NCBI GenBank assembly: GCA_963666285.1
Contig: OY762711.1
Origin: Sedimentisphaerales bacterium
GTDB lineage: Bacteria; Planctomycetota; Phycisphaerae; Sedimentisphaerales; SM23-30
DNA: 64,000 nt
Direction: 5' to 3' (one strand)
A program made the position numbers and the translations under genes. Below are positions 1 through 9,569 of the stretch, piece by piece; position 1 is the first letter of the stretch, and every line of letters begins with the position of its first letter. Under the pieces are notes generated by a model, which searched no databases, was not told the DNA's origin, and was given only the letters and a program-made list of their open reading frames with translations.

Positions 1-1744
1 CAACACCAGTATCATAACTATCATCATTATGATCGGTAACTGTATATATAAAATAGTCACTACCGGAATAGCTGCTGCCTGGTGTATAAACGAAAGAACC
101 GTCAGCATACAATACAACATGCCCGTGGGCAGTAACCAATAAACCAGGATTAGAAACCGATAGATAATCTCCATCAGCATCAATATCGTTGCTTAATACA
201 CCGTCAGCAGCATCCACTGTCAATTGCTGGATCTGGGTCAGTCGGTAATTGTCATCAACCGCTTCAGGAATATTATTTTCTGTTTGCGTACCATACGCAT
301 AGCTATTTGCCAGCGAACTGTAATTTGCACCGGCCAGCAAAACAGCAAACTCATCACCTGCACTAAAGCCATATTCAGTCAATAAAATTGCTATTTCTGT
401 ACTTGTTTCATAAGGGGCAAATTCAATAATTCCGGATTTCTGCACATAATCTTCCCCGGCAATTGCAGTCATATCATAAGTAGAATAATATACACTGGCA
501 GTATTAGCTGTTGGCTGAGACAAGGTAACCGGAAATACCATTTCTGCGCCCTGGCTGCTGCTTCGAATGTACCCATCATTGATTTCAATAGAAGTTTCTG
601 TGCCGCCCGCAACTAGACTGCTGGCATTATTAATAGTAGTAACTTCAGATATGTCATTATCACAATCTACAATTACCGTAATAGTATGATTACCCGGAGA
701 AGCGGTCCATGCTCCCCTGCTTACTTCTGCAATTAGAGATACCTCCGGGTTTAAGATATCATATGGCTGAACAGTAGTAGTTAAACGCGTTTTTCCCAGG
801 TCGTACTCAGAATCCATGCCATAATCGACAATAAACCTGACATTGAAATTCTCTGTAGTTCCACCTGTCCCAATATTATCAATATTGGCATAGAATGTTA
901 CCTGCTGACCATCCATAGGATTTTCCGGCAGCCAGGATATCTCAGAAACCACTAAATCCGGATGTTCAACTGAAATCACATCAAAAACTTCATTGTTCCA
1001 TTCATTGATCTCATCTATCTCGTTAGCTGTATCAATAACAGCTTTAATTTCGGTAACATCATAATCCAATGTAAAACTATAAGTTTCGGTTTCCTTGATA
1101 GTCAGATCATTAACATCAAAATCACTTGTAATACGATCTGAACCAACGTGTGTCCAGCCGGTGCCGCGATTGACATACCAGCTGAGACTACAGTCACGAA
1201 CCGTACCGCCCGGTCCAAGGTTTTGCACGGTTGCGGTATACGTTATAGATTCACCTTTTATATTACTATTTTCTGTATGAGTCAATGATGTTACAGCAAG
1301 ATCAGCTTTAGGTATGGTAAACGACTCGGTTGCACTATTATTGTTCTCTGCTACCTCAAAGATGTCATCATTGATATCAATATTAACTTCAATATCAGGG
1401 AAATAACCTTGATAGATATAAGCCTTGGAAACCGTTATTTTTTCACCTGACGGAATATCTTTTGTTATCAGGAAACCCTGACCATTGGTCAGACTGGTAC
1501 CATTTGCCAGAAAATCAACATAAAAATCATCGGTTAGAGTCTCATCTCCAATATTATAGACATCTGTCATAATATTAATAACTTCGCCAACCTCCGGCGT
1601 ACCATTATCAAACCCTATAGGGCCATGAGTTAAGTCAACACTAAGCAGCAGCCGACTTTCTAATGAATCAAAAGCTAATTGAGTTTTTTTAAATAAAGGA
1701 ATATCTTCTCGATTAAATCTTTTAATAAGCTTAGATATCTTCAT
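1..1744 (-). CDS. Large secreted LEPR-XLL-motif protein with CARDB repeats and a Calx-beta domain (partial; runs off the left edge)
   Basis: Absent from the ORF track, presumably because no stop lies in the window. Manual translation from ATG 1744 gives MKISKLIKRF...FDSLESRLLLS (planctomycete LEPRxLL-type motif), then CARDB-like units (ADLAVTSL...TATVQNLG...IDTANEIDEINEWNN; PDLVVSEISWLPENPMDGQQVTFYANIDNIG) and a Calx-beta-like unit (FPVTLSQPT...TYDMTAIAGEDY...SGIIEFAPYETSTEI). Confidence 0.88.
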   Translation of the reverse strand, partial: MKISKLIKRFNREDIPLFKKTQLAFDSLESRLLLSVDLTHGPIGFDNGTPEVGEVINIMTDVYNIGDETLTDDFYVDFLANGTSLTNGQGFLITKDIPSGEKITVSKAYIYQGYFPDIEVNIDINDDIFEVAENNNSATESFTIPKADLAVTSLTHTENSNIKGESITYTATVQNLGPGGTVRDCSLSWYVNRGTGWTHVGSDRITSDFDVNDLTIKETETYSFTLDYDVTEIKAVIDTANEIDEINEWNNEVFDVISVEHPDLVVSEISWLPENPMDGQQVTFYANIDNIGTGGTTENFNVRFIVDYGMDSEYDLGKTRLTTTVQPYDILNPEVSLIAEVSRGAWTASPGNHTITVIVDCDNDISEVTTINNASSLVAGGTETSIEINDGYIRSSSQGAEMVFPVTLSQPTANTASVYYSTYDMTAIAGEDYVQKSGIIEFAPYETSTEIAILLTEYGFSAGDEFAVLLAGANYSSLANSYAYGTQTENNIPEAVDDNYRLTQIQQLTVDAADGVLSNDIDADGDYLSVSNPGLLVTAHGHVVLYADGSFVYTPGSSYSGSDYFIYTVTDHNDDSYDTGV

Positions 1745-1786
1745 TATTTACAACCTTTTACATTCAGAAATACATGTTCATAATAG

Positions 1787-1968
1787 TGCAGTTTCGCACT
1801 TTTGACTGTTCAGCATTATACGCAAAGGCCAGAACGGGGCCTTATGAATGAAAAACTTTATATTTAAGTGTATTTCCGAGCTAATTCACCAAAGTATATT
1901 TAATTCAAAGCGTTGCAGGAAGGCCCTTTTTGGCGATTTTTGCAACTTAAAAACTGCAAAAATAAACT
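1787..1968. repeat. Dispersed ~180-bp intergenic element, copy 1
   Basis: Colinear with 27504-27691; shares an exact 23-mer AAAGCGTTGCAGGAAGGCCCTTT (1907-1929) and a left block about 80% identical by eye. Confidence 0.85.
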
Positions 1969-2190
1969 AATATATAAAGCACTTAAATAATGATATCGAC
2001 ATTAAAGCTCAATTTTAACTAGCAAAAATGCTAAATTGGTTCAAATTTGGCTGCGTTTGAGATAATCAGACAATAACATAAAGGCATTTAATATAATAGC
2101 GATAGAGAAAAATTTCTAAGAAACTAGATGCTATCCATTTTGCTTAAAAAAATGTCAGCAAATTAAATAAAGAGATAGTTATAAAAAAAC

Positions 2191-2563
2191 ACAGTGGGCC
2201 TGTAAGCCGGGTTCTGTATCCGCTAATAGCGGATGACGGTCATTTATCTAGATCGACAGTTACCTGCCGACTCCTGGTAAAACCAACGCGATCTACCCGA
2301 ATCTCAATGTGCCGGGCCGGCACTCGATTCTGCTTGATCTTGCAGGAGGTGGGGTTTACCATGCCGGAATCTGTCACCAGCTCCGCGGTGCGCTCTTACC
2401 GCACCATTTCAACCTTACCTGTGACCGAAGTCCATCGGCGGTGTATTTTCTGTTGCACTTTCCCTGGGGTCGCCCCCGGCGGCCGTTAACCGTCACCCTG
2501 CCCTGTCCTGCCCGGACTTTCCTCTGATATGCATGCATACCAGCGACCGTCCAGCCCACATGT
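2191..2563 (-). ncRNA. rnpB: RNase P RNA (bacterial type A)
   Basis: Minus strand carries the universal motifs GAGGAAAGTCCGGGC, AAGTGCAACAGAAA, GGTAAACCCC and ACAGAACCCGGCTTA; P1 ends GTGGGC/GCCCAC pair. Ends approximate. Confidence 0.97.
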
Positions 2564-2578
2564 GTATATTTTTATTTA

Positions 2579-3145
2579 TCAATCGTCTTTTTCGCCAAAA
2601 ACATCAGCTGTAAATAGCAAAACCTCAGCCTCTGTATCTTTCCATGATTCCCATTGCAAACCGGCTTTCTGGGTACAGCAATAACCCAGAAACTCTTCTT
2701 TAGACCATCCTGTCTCTGTCGCTACCTGGGGCAAAAAACACCCTCCCTGATAACCATGCTTAATATAGATTCCATGTTTACCAAGTTCAAGAGCTAAAGG
2801 ATCATCGGTTTTTTCAAGCGGTGACAATACAGATATCTCGACATCTATTTCCGATAGTTCCGCAGGAGTGACCGGATTCATAACAAACCTGGAATCCCGG
2901 CAGGCAGCCTGAGCCATTTCGACAATAGTGTCAAGAAGCGATCCTCGCGGCATAAAATTGCCGATACAACCTCTCAACTGCCCGTGATTATGGATTGTTA
3001 CAAAGCACCCCCTGGACTCGTTAAAGACCGGGTCATCTGATTCGAAATTACTGACAGGCTCTCTCTTTATTGTCGATTCAATAACTTTTCTGGCAACTGA
3101 CAGCAGAGATTCTTTCTGCTTTTCTGAAAGGCTGTAATCAGACAT
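2579..3145 (-). CDS. amrA: AMMECR1-domain protein (AmmeMemoRadiSam system protein A)
   Basis: GCFVT...LRGCIG, D-x-RF, EISVLSP, G-x-HG and FLPQVA-x-E-x-GW...KAG motifs. Confidence 0.92.
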   Translation of the reverse strand: MSDYSLSEKQKESLLSVARKVIESTIKREPVSNFESDDPVFNESRGCFVTIHNHGQLRGCIGNFMPRGSLLDTIVEMAQAACRDSRFVMNPVTPAELSEIDVEISVLSPLEKTDDPLALELGKHGIYIKHGYQGGCFLPQVATETGWSKEEFLGYCCTQKAGLQWESWKDTEAEVLLFTADVFGEKDD

Positions 3146-3174
3146 AATAGAACTCCAAATGTATTTAAGTTAAC

Positions 3175-4170
3175 CTAATCCAATACCTTTAAAGCAAGTA
3201 CATCCTGTACATCAATTAAGCCTACCGGCCTGTGATTCTGGTCTACAACAGGAATTTCGTCTATCCTTCTTTTCTTGAATATAGCCATTGCCTCACTGGC
3301 AAGCGTTTCCGGAGTAACAACAATCGGATTTTTTGTCATAAGCTCTGCAACTGGTAAATCGTGTATTTTCTGCTGCTGATTTTCGATACCTCTTCGTAGA
3401 TCTCCATCAGTAAGAATACCTGCCAACCTTCCTTCACCGTCAACAAGCATTATACAGCCATGTCTGATGCCGACAATCTTTTCAGACTGAACCAGAGCCT
3501 GCTGGACCGTACACCCTTCGGCTGCAACAGGCAGTTTTTTACCTCTATTGAATAAGGCGGCCTGCTCAACTGTTATCAACTGACGGCCAAGAGCTCCGCC
3601 TGGATGGAATTTTGCATAATCTTCCCTCTGGAAATCACGCAGCTTCATAATTGCAAGGGCCAAAGCATCGCCCGCTGCAAGCATACAGGTCGTACTTGTA
3701 CTAGGTGCCAGCCCAAGCGGGCAAGCCTCTGTAAAATCTCCAAGCCATAGGGTTATGTCACTATACTGAGCCAATGGTGAACCCCTGTCGCCTGTCATTC
3801 CAACAATAAAGATATCCAGCTGTTTTAGATGCTCAATCAGAGTAACTATCTCTCCACTGGAACCACTATAGCTTAAAACAAAGACGATATCATCAGCTCT
3901 GACCCGTCCCAGATCGCCATGTATAGCTTCGGCAGCATGAAGGAAAAAACTGGGCGTACCAGTTGAGGCCAGGGTAGCAGAGATTTTTTCTCCAACTATA
4001 CCGGCTTTACCAATACCAGAGATTACAATGTTTCCTTCACATTTAAGAATTTTTTCAACAGCTTGAACATAAGAACTATCTACCACATCTGCCAGTGCTT
4101 TTACTGCCCTGGACTCATGCGTTAATAGTTCCTGTAATTCCTGAATTATCTGTTCTGATTGTATTTCCAT
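3175..4170 (-). CDS. kdsD: KpsF/GutQ family arabinose-5-phosphate isomerase (SIS + CBS pair)
   Basis: GIGKAG, KISATLASTGTPSFFLH-x-x-EA-x-HGDLG, APSTSTT, FHPGGALG and C-terminal CBS domains. Start moved to ATG 4170 (track used 4179). Confidence 0.9.
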   Translation of the reverse strand: MEIQSEQIIQELQELLTHESRAVKALADVVDSSYVQAVEKILKCEGNIVISGIGKAGIVGEKISATLASTGTPSFFLHAAEAIHGDLGRVRADDIVFVLSYSGSSGEIVTLIEHLKQLDIFIVGMTGDRGSPLAQYSDITLWLGDFTEACPLGLAPSTSTTCMLAAGDALALAIMKLRDFQREDYAKFHPGGALGRQLITVEQAALFNRGKKLPVAAEGCTVQQALVQSEKIVGIRHGCIMLVDGEGRLAGILTDGDLRRGIENQQQKIHDLPVAELMTKNPIVVTPETLASEAMAIFKKRRIDEIPVVDQNHRPVGLIDVQDVLALKVLD

Positions 4171-4317
4171 ATATATCAAACTAAATAGAGGTTATATAAG
4201 TCTTTATATTACAAATGTTATTACAAATTCCAAATCTGAATTATATCAAAATATCCAGCTATTTAAAGCGGAAAATACAATATGTGTTTTCTCCGTAAAT
4301 ATATTTATATTATAAGT

Positions 4318-4346
4318 TTGACTTATTGTAGCATTATGCTTAAATT
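4318..4346 (+). promoter_or_regulatory. Sigma70-type promoter
   Basis: TTGACT-N17-TAAATT, about 135 nt upstream of the 4480 start. Confidence 0.55.
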
Positions 4347-4479
4347 AGTGGACTATTAACTGGATTTCTGAGGAGGCTTAGTTGGAAAGCCAAATCTATT
4401 TGAATATAATCAAGACAAATTCAGGTTGATAGCACGCCGTGTTTTTTTTTACGATCCAACATGAGAAATGAAGATATAA

Positions 4480-5556
4480 GTGTCAAAACTGCCAACTTTA
4501 TCCATAGGAAACCTAAAAGTCAACCCACCGATTATTCAAGGTGGAATGGGTGTAAGAATATCACTCTCAAATCTTGCCAGTGCTGTAGCCAATCAAGGTT
4601 GCGTAGGTGTAATAGCAACTGCAGGCATTGGCAGCCAGGTAACCATACCAGGAAAAAGCTATACAGAGCTTAACAAAGAAGCACTGAAAAATGAGATACG
4701 AAATGCCAGAAAACAGACGTCAGGCATAATCGGCGTTAACATTATGACCGCCCTGACTGACTACGAAATGCTGGCTAGAACTGCTGCTGAGGAAGGTGCA
4801 GATATAATTATTTCAGGTGCCGGACTTCCGCTGGATCTGCCGCAATATGTTGGTAATTCAGACGTTAAGTTAATTCCGATCATCTCTTCCGTAAGAGCTC
4901 TAAAAATTATCTGTAAAAAATGGCAAAATAGTTACAATAAAACACCTGATGCTGTTATAATTGAAGGGCCGGCAGCCGGAGGACATCTGGGTTATAAATT
5001 CGAAGATGTCCAGGATGACAAGGCGATGTCCCTCGAAGATATACTTGCCGAGGTATTGCCATTTACTAGAAGTTTCACACCTGAAATACCTGTTATTGTT
5101 GCTGGCGGCATATTTGACGGTGCTGATATCGCCCATTTTCTTAGTCTGGGCGCTTCAGGCGTTCAAATGGCAACTAGGTTTGTCTGCACACACGAATGTG
5201 ATGCAGATGAGGAATTTAAAAAAGCTTACATCAATGCTGGAAAAGAAGACATTACGCTGATTAAAAGCCCTGTAGGAATGCCGGGCAAAGTAATAAACAG
5301 TCAATTTGTCAAAGAAATTAAAACAGGAAAAAAAGTGCCCTTTAAGTGTCAGTACAAATGCTTAAAGAGCTGTGATTACAAAGAAGCCCCATATTGCATT
5401 GCTGAAGTTCTACTAAACGCTGCTGTCGGAAAGCTGGACCAAGGATTTGCTTTTGCCGGCTCTAAAGTATATAAATGTAACGAGATAATCTCTGTTGAAG
5501 AGCTCGTGAATAAAATTAAAGACGAGTATGATCAGGAAATAAAGCGTTTAGGATGA
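4480..5556 (+). CDS. Nitronate monooxygenase / FabK-like flavoprotein
   Basis: PIIQGGMGV, GAGLP, EGPAAGGHLG, AGGIFDG and GVQMATRF motifs; C-terminal C-x3-C-x3-C cluster; GTG start. Confidence 0.88.
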   Translation: MSKLPTLSIGNLKVNPPIIQGGMGVRISLSNLASAVANQGCVGVIATAGIGSQVTIPGKSYTELNKEALKNEIRNARKQTSGIIGVNIMTALTDYEMLARTAAEEGADIIISGAGLPLDLPQYVGNSDVKLIPIISSVRALKIICKKWQNSYNKTPDAVIIEGPAAGGHLGYKFEDVQDDKAMSLEDILAEVLPFTRSFTPEIPVIVAGGIFDGADIAHFLSLGASGVQMATRFVCTHECDADEEFKKAYINAGKEDITLIKSPVGMPGKVINSQFVKEIKTGKKVPFKCQYKCLKSCDYKEAPYCIAEVLLNAAVGKLDQGFAFAGSKVYKCNEIISVEELVNKIKDEYDQEIKRLG

Positions 5557-5683
5557 GTGTCACGTTGACCCCTCAAGATTGCGTTTAATTTCACCTGAAA
5601 AAGGCGGTTCTGCCACTTTCTTATATGGCCTGGAAAGTACTTTATTTATTAAGGCCGAAAAATACCCTACATGGAGAGCTATT

Positions 5684-6043
5684 ATGGGTAAGAAACTGTA
5701 TGTTGGTAATTTGAGTTATAGTATTAATGAGGGCGACCTGGAATCATTGTTTAGTGAACATGGCACAGTTGAAAGCGTTAACATCATTACAGATCGTGAG
5801 ACAGGCAGAAGCAAAGGCTTTGGCTTTGTCGAAATGAGTAACGATAGTGAAGCTGAAGCAGCGACATCAGCTCTAGACGGTAAAGAATGCGACGGCCGTC
5901 CCCTTAAAGTAAATGAAGCCAAACCACAGGAAAGACGTAGTGGTGGCGGCGGCGGTGGTCGTGGTGGTCGCGGCGGTTTCGGCGGCGGTGGTCGCGGTGG
6001 TCGCGGTGGTTACGGCGGCGGCGGTGGCCGTGGCGGTTACTAA
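5684..6043 (+). CDS. RRM RNA-binding protein with Gly/Arg-rich (RGG) tail
   Basis: RNP2 KLYVGNL and RNP1 KGFGFVEM; ATG 5684 is preceded by GGAG (track start 5579 is probably too long). Confidence 0.95.
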   Translation: MGKKLYVGNLSYSINEGDLESLFSEHGTVESVNIITDRETGRSKGFGFVEMSNDSEAEAATSALDGKECDGRPLKVNEAKPQERRSGGGGGGRGGRGGFGGGGRGGRGGYGGGGGRGGY

Positions 6044-6060
6044 GCCAATAACATATAATT

Positions 6061-6096
6061 AAAAAGGCCCTTACTTTTCAGTAAGGGCTTTTTTTT
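6061..6096. terminator. Intrinsic terminator, probably bidirectional
   Basis: A-tract, GCCCTTAC stem, loop, GTAAGGGC, T8; lies between convergent genes. Confidence 0.85.
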
Positions 6097-6235
6097 AGTT
6101 TATCACAAACAATCATTCAATTGTAAATACCAAAAATTCAATGCCTAATCAGCACTATAATGGTGACATTCACAGATATCATTCACAACAATTGAATTTC
6201 ATTTATCCTGCTGCTTCCTTACTTCTCCCTATCCA

Positions 6236-8149
6236 TCAATTTACTACTGATATATCAATGTTCTGACCAATAAGATAAATTGGAGCAGTAGACAACTTGA
6301 ATCTATCCTGGTCAATTTCAATTCTATTACCAAACAGATCGTAAGCTTCAGTAACTTTCCCTTTAACTTTGAACCTGATACCATCCTGCTCTACAGTCGA
6401 CCATAGACTAAATACTTTTTTACCATCAGGCCTTACCCAGCCTGGATAGTATATATTTCCAGTATGCCAGTCATTTTCTATTGCCTCAGCTTCGGCAGGT
6501 ACCATCGTACTTAGAACCTTAAACGTCTTATACGCTGGTTTTGCACTCAAGTCATTATGAATAATACCAAAATTGTCTTCGTTATAATACGGATTATTTT
6601 CATGAGCTCTCAAATTATACCAGAATATACTATCAACGCCGGAACGCATTGAGATCATATATGTCCTTGGCAATATCTCTGCCTGATCCGCTTCCGATAC
6701 ACCCTTGGCATTAACATCAATTGACGATAATATTACACCACCCTTTAAGTCACTGTCTAAATCTATTACCGCTGCGACTGTTCCGGTAAATTCTCCCTCT
6801 GACGCCTGGACAATCGGCACAAATTTATCACCATCTTTTAACCTGGAGCCAGTAAAGAAACGGCCAACAGACGGTATATCACCAGGAAGCTTTAACTTTT
6901 TAGAAAACTGGTCCGCTGTATATAACTTTTTCGCCCTTTCCGGCACACCCTGCTCAAACCACCATGCCTTCCAGCCAATATGAAGCCTGTCTTTATAACT
7001 ATTATCCGTATTACTGGTTTCCCATCTACCTTCGGCATTTTTACTGGCAGTATAATACAAAGGCACTCCCTGCGAAAAGACAACTATCCCACCTTCTTTC
7101 ACATATCTTTCTATTGAATCAAACAGCCCCAGCGGGATACTTTCATCATGCGGCAGCATAAAAACATGATATTCATCAGGAGAAATTGACTTCAAATGCT
7201 CAATATCCAGATAAGATACCTGACCGGTTCCCGGCAGCATACCTTTAAGATCGCTTTTTGATAGCATTACCTTTGACGGGTAATCCGGCTCGGCAAAAAC
7301 TGCCAGATTCCAACTGGTCTTTTCCGGATGCAAATATTCCAAACCACACCGCACAATACCGGCCAATGTTTCTGTGCGGTTCTTATGCGTTGGCCAGCCA
7401 ATCTCTGTTATCCAGACAGGTTTGCCATCATCTCCGTATTTAGCCATCAACTCACGCAGTTTATCCAGATCTTCTTCCAAAGATGCATTTTCCGGGTATT
7501 TGGGATATCGATAAGGATGAACTACCATAATATCAAAATAATCAGCAGCTCCAGCCTTATAAACACCCTCAATATAGCTATATGGTATGCCGGAAAATCC
7601 GGAAATCAGAACTGTCAAATCCGGATCGATCTTTTTAATTTCATCATATGTTGCTTTTAATAAAATTGCATACTCTGCCGGGTTTGGCTTATTATACCAG
7701 AAACCTGCGCCATCCGGCTCATTCCAAACCTCCCAGTATCTCATATTATCCTTATATCGTGTCACCGTCCTGCGAACATACTCCAGCCACTCATCCAGAT
7801 GCTTAAAAGCAGGTGACGCCCAAGGCACATCATAATCCAGGATCGGCAATATTTTGACTCCCGCCCGCTCGGCCTTTGCCACTGTTGCATCCAGTTTAGA
7901 AAAATCCCAACTGCCGTCTTTCCGCTGCACTCCCGACCAGTCAAAATCAGTCCTTACCCAGTCAATCCCGGCATCATTCATAATTTCCAGCTGCCTGCCG
8001 GTTAGATCGTATTCACTTTGCCTTGATATATGGGCACATATACCGTATGGTGATATATTATCAGCTGCCATCAATAATCCGGAACTAATAAAAACACAAA
8101 TCAAAACGATCAATAACAAATTACTTTTTTTCATAAAATGTCTCTTCAT
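6236..8149 (-). CDS. Secreted clan GH-A glycoside hydrolase (GH39/GH5-like) with inserted domain
   Basis: Signal peptide; WVRTDFDW, acid/base WEVWNEP, HPY, nucleophile VWITEIGWP, late FWYNL...NFGII...KPAY. Start could be 8134. Confidence 0.8.
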   Translation of the reverse strand: MKRHFMKKSNLLLIVLICVFISSGLLMAADNISPYGICAHISRQSEYDLTGRQLEIMNDAGIDWVRTDFDWSGVQRKDGSWDFSKLDATVAKAERAGVKILPILDYDVPWASPAFKHLDEWLEYVRRTVTRYKDNMRYWEVWNEPDGAGFWYNKPNPAEYAILLKATYDEIKKIDPDLTVLISGFSGIPYSYIEGVYKAGAADYFDIMVVHPYRYPKYPENASLEEDLDKLRELMAKYGDDGKPVWITEIGWPTHKNRTETLAGIVRCGLEYLHPEKTSWNLAVFAEPDYPSKVMLSKSDLKGMLPGTGQVSYLDIEHLKSISPDEYHVFMLPHDESIPLGLFDSIERYVKEGGIVVFSQGVPLYYTASKNAEGRWETSNTDNSYKDRLHIGWKAWWFEQGVPERAKKLYTADQFSKKLKLPGDIPSVGRFFTGSRLKDGDKFVPIVQASEGEFTGTVAAVIDLDSDLKGGVILSSIDVNAKGVSEADQAEILPRTYMISMRSGVDSIFWYNLRAHENNPYYNEDNFGIIHNDLSAKPAYKTFKVLSTMVPAEAEAIENDWHTGNIYYPGWVRPDGKKVFSLWSTVEQDGIRFKVKGKVTEAYDLFGNRIEIDQDRFKLSTAPIYLIGQNIDISVVN

Positions 8150-8172
8150 ATAAAATTGCCTGCAACCTGATT

Positions 8173-9390
8173 TTAATTACTACTATATAACTTTGCCAGC
8201 CCACCCATTGCTGTTTCCTTGTACTTGCTCTGCATATCTATCCCTGTCTCATACATGACCTTTACTACATCATCAAAATTGATCTTATTCTCGATATTGG
8301 TCGACAATACATAGATCGAACATTCATAGGCCCGTAATGCAGCTAATGCATTTCGCTCAATACATGGTATCTGCACCAGGCCCAATATTGGGTCACAGGT
8401 TACCCCAAGGAAATGTTCCAAGGCCATCTCGGCAGCATATTCTATCTGTGCCAGGCTACCTTTTTGAAGATAAGTAGCAGCTGCTGCCGCCATAGAACAG
8501 GCTGAGCCTATCTCTCCCTGGCAGCCAACCTCTGCACCACTAATCGACGCATTATTTTCAATTAGCCTGCCAAATAAACCTGAAACCGCCAATGCCCGAA
8601 CAATGCTTTCATCATCATACTTAAGGTTCTGATTAAAATAATACAAAATCGCAGGAATAACACCACAGGAACCACAAGTTGGAGCTGTTGTAATTATACT
8701 GCCGTTGGCATTTTCTTCTGCTACTGCCAGGGCATAAGAATGGATAAGTGCCAGATCGCGAGGCAACCCAACAGCTTTACAGGCAAATTCATAAATATTG
8801 GATGCTCTTCTTTTGAGCTGCAGCTCGCCCGGTAAAATACATTCTCCTGCAGCCAGCCCTCTTTCGATAGACTCCTTCATGCTTTCCCATATATCCGCAA
8901 GATAACTGCATAACCCCTCACCCGCAGTATTTACTACAAAATCATCTAAAGCTACACCGGCCTCCAGGCAATGCTGCTTAATTTCTGAAAAGAAATTGTA
9001 CTCTGAGAAACCATTATTGGCTAATTCGGTACTTATTATTCCCTGGCTGTCAGATATCTCACCACCACCAATACTATATACCTCCCACTCCTGCAATATC
9101 GATTTATCTGTTGATAGCTCCCTAAAAACCAAAGTATTAGGGTGCTTTAAACCGTCAAATGAATAATTGAACAGAATCTCAACATTATCACTTTCCAGGC
9201 TGCGAATAATTGCCTTATCTGTCAAGTGCCCTTTACCAGTCAAAGCCAGACTGCCAAAAAGTTCAACCTGAACCTTTGAATTTTGGCCACTTAATCGTCC
9301 CTTAAATATCTCTGCCGCCCTGGCCGGTCCCATGGCATGAGAACTGGAAGGCCCGAATCCGGTCTTGTATATTCCTCTAATTGTCTTCAT
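8173..9390 (-). CDS. sdaA: L-serine ammonia-lyase, Fe-S dependent, single chain
   Basis: GPSSSH, GSLALTGKGH, APTCGSCG, SISGAEVGCQGEIG and CDP-x-x-GLVQIPCIERN motifs. Confidence 0.92.
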   Translation of the reverse strand: MKTIRGIYKTGFGPSSSHAMGPARAAEIFKGRLSGQNSKVQVELFGSLALTGKGHLTDKAIIRSLESDNVEILFNYSFDGLKHPNTLVFRELSTDKSILQEWEVYSIGGGEISDSQGIISTELANNGFSEYNFFSEIKQHCLEAGVALDDFVVNTAGEGLCSYLADIWESMKESIERGLAAGECILPGELQLKRRASNIYEFACKAVGLPRDLALIHSYALAVAEENANGSIITTAPTCGSCGVIPAILYYFNQNLKYDDESIVRALAVSGLFGRLIENNASISGAEVGCQGEIGSACSMAAAAATYLQKGSLAQIEYAAEMALEHFLGVTCDPILGLVQIPCIERNALAALRAYECSIYVLSTNIENKINFDDVVKVMYETGIDMQSKYKETAMGGLAKLYSSN

Positions 9391-9569
9391 TTTAGATTGT
9401 TAGCTTCCTGATAATGTCAAAATAAAATCCAATTCAAACAGAATATACTAACAATACTGCCCACAATAAACAACACTTTTACTAAGAAATGGAATACCAA
9501 TTTACCATTTCATGATATTTACCAGAAATATCGCAACAGGCAAATAAATGTAAAGATGATAAAGTAAAT

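Noticed and set aside
1815..1845. ACGCAAAG...GGGCCT as a c-di-GMP-I riboswitch
   Set aside because: The GGCAAAC...GAAA P2 stem is missing and the match is antisense to the adjacent gene.
2307..2559. Three short ORFs in the track
   Set aside because: They lie within the RNase P RNA gene.
5938..6040. GGCGGT/GGTCGC short tandem repeats
   Set aside because: They encode the RGG tail of the RRM protein; not a CRISPR array or independent repeat.
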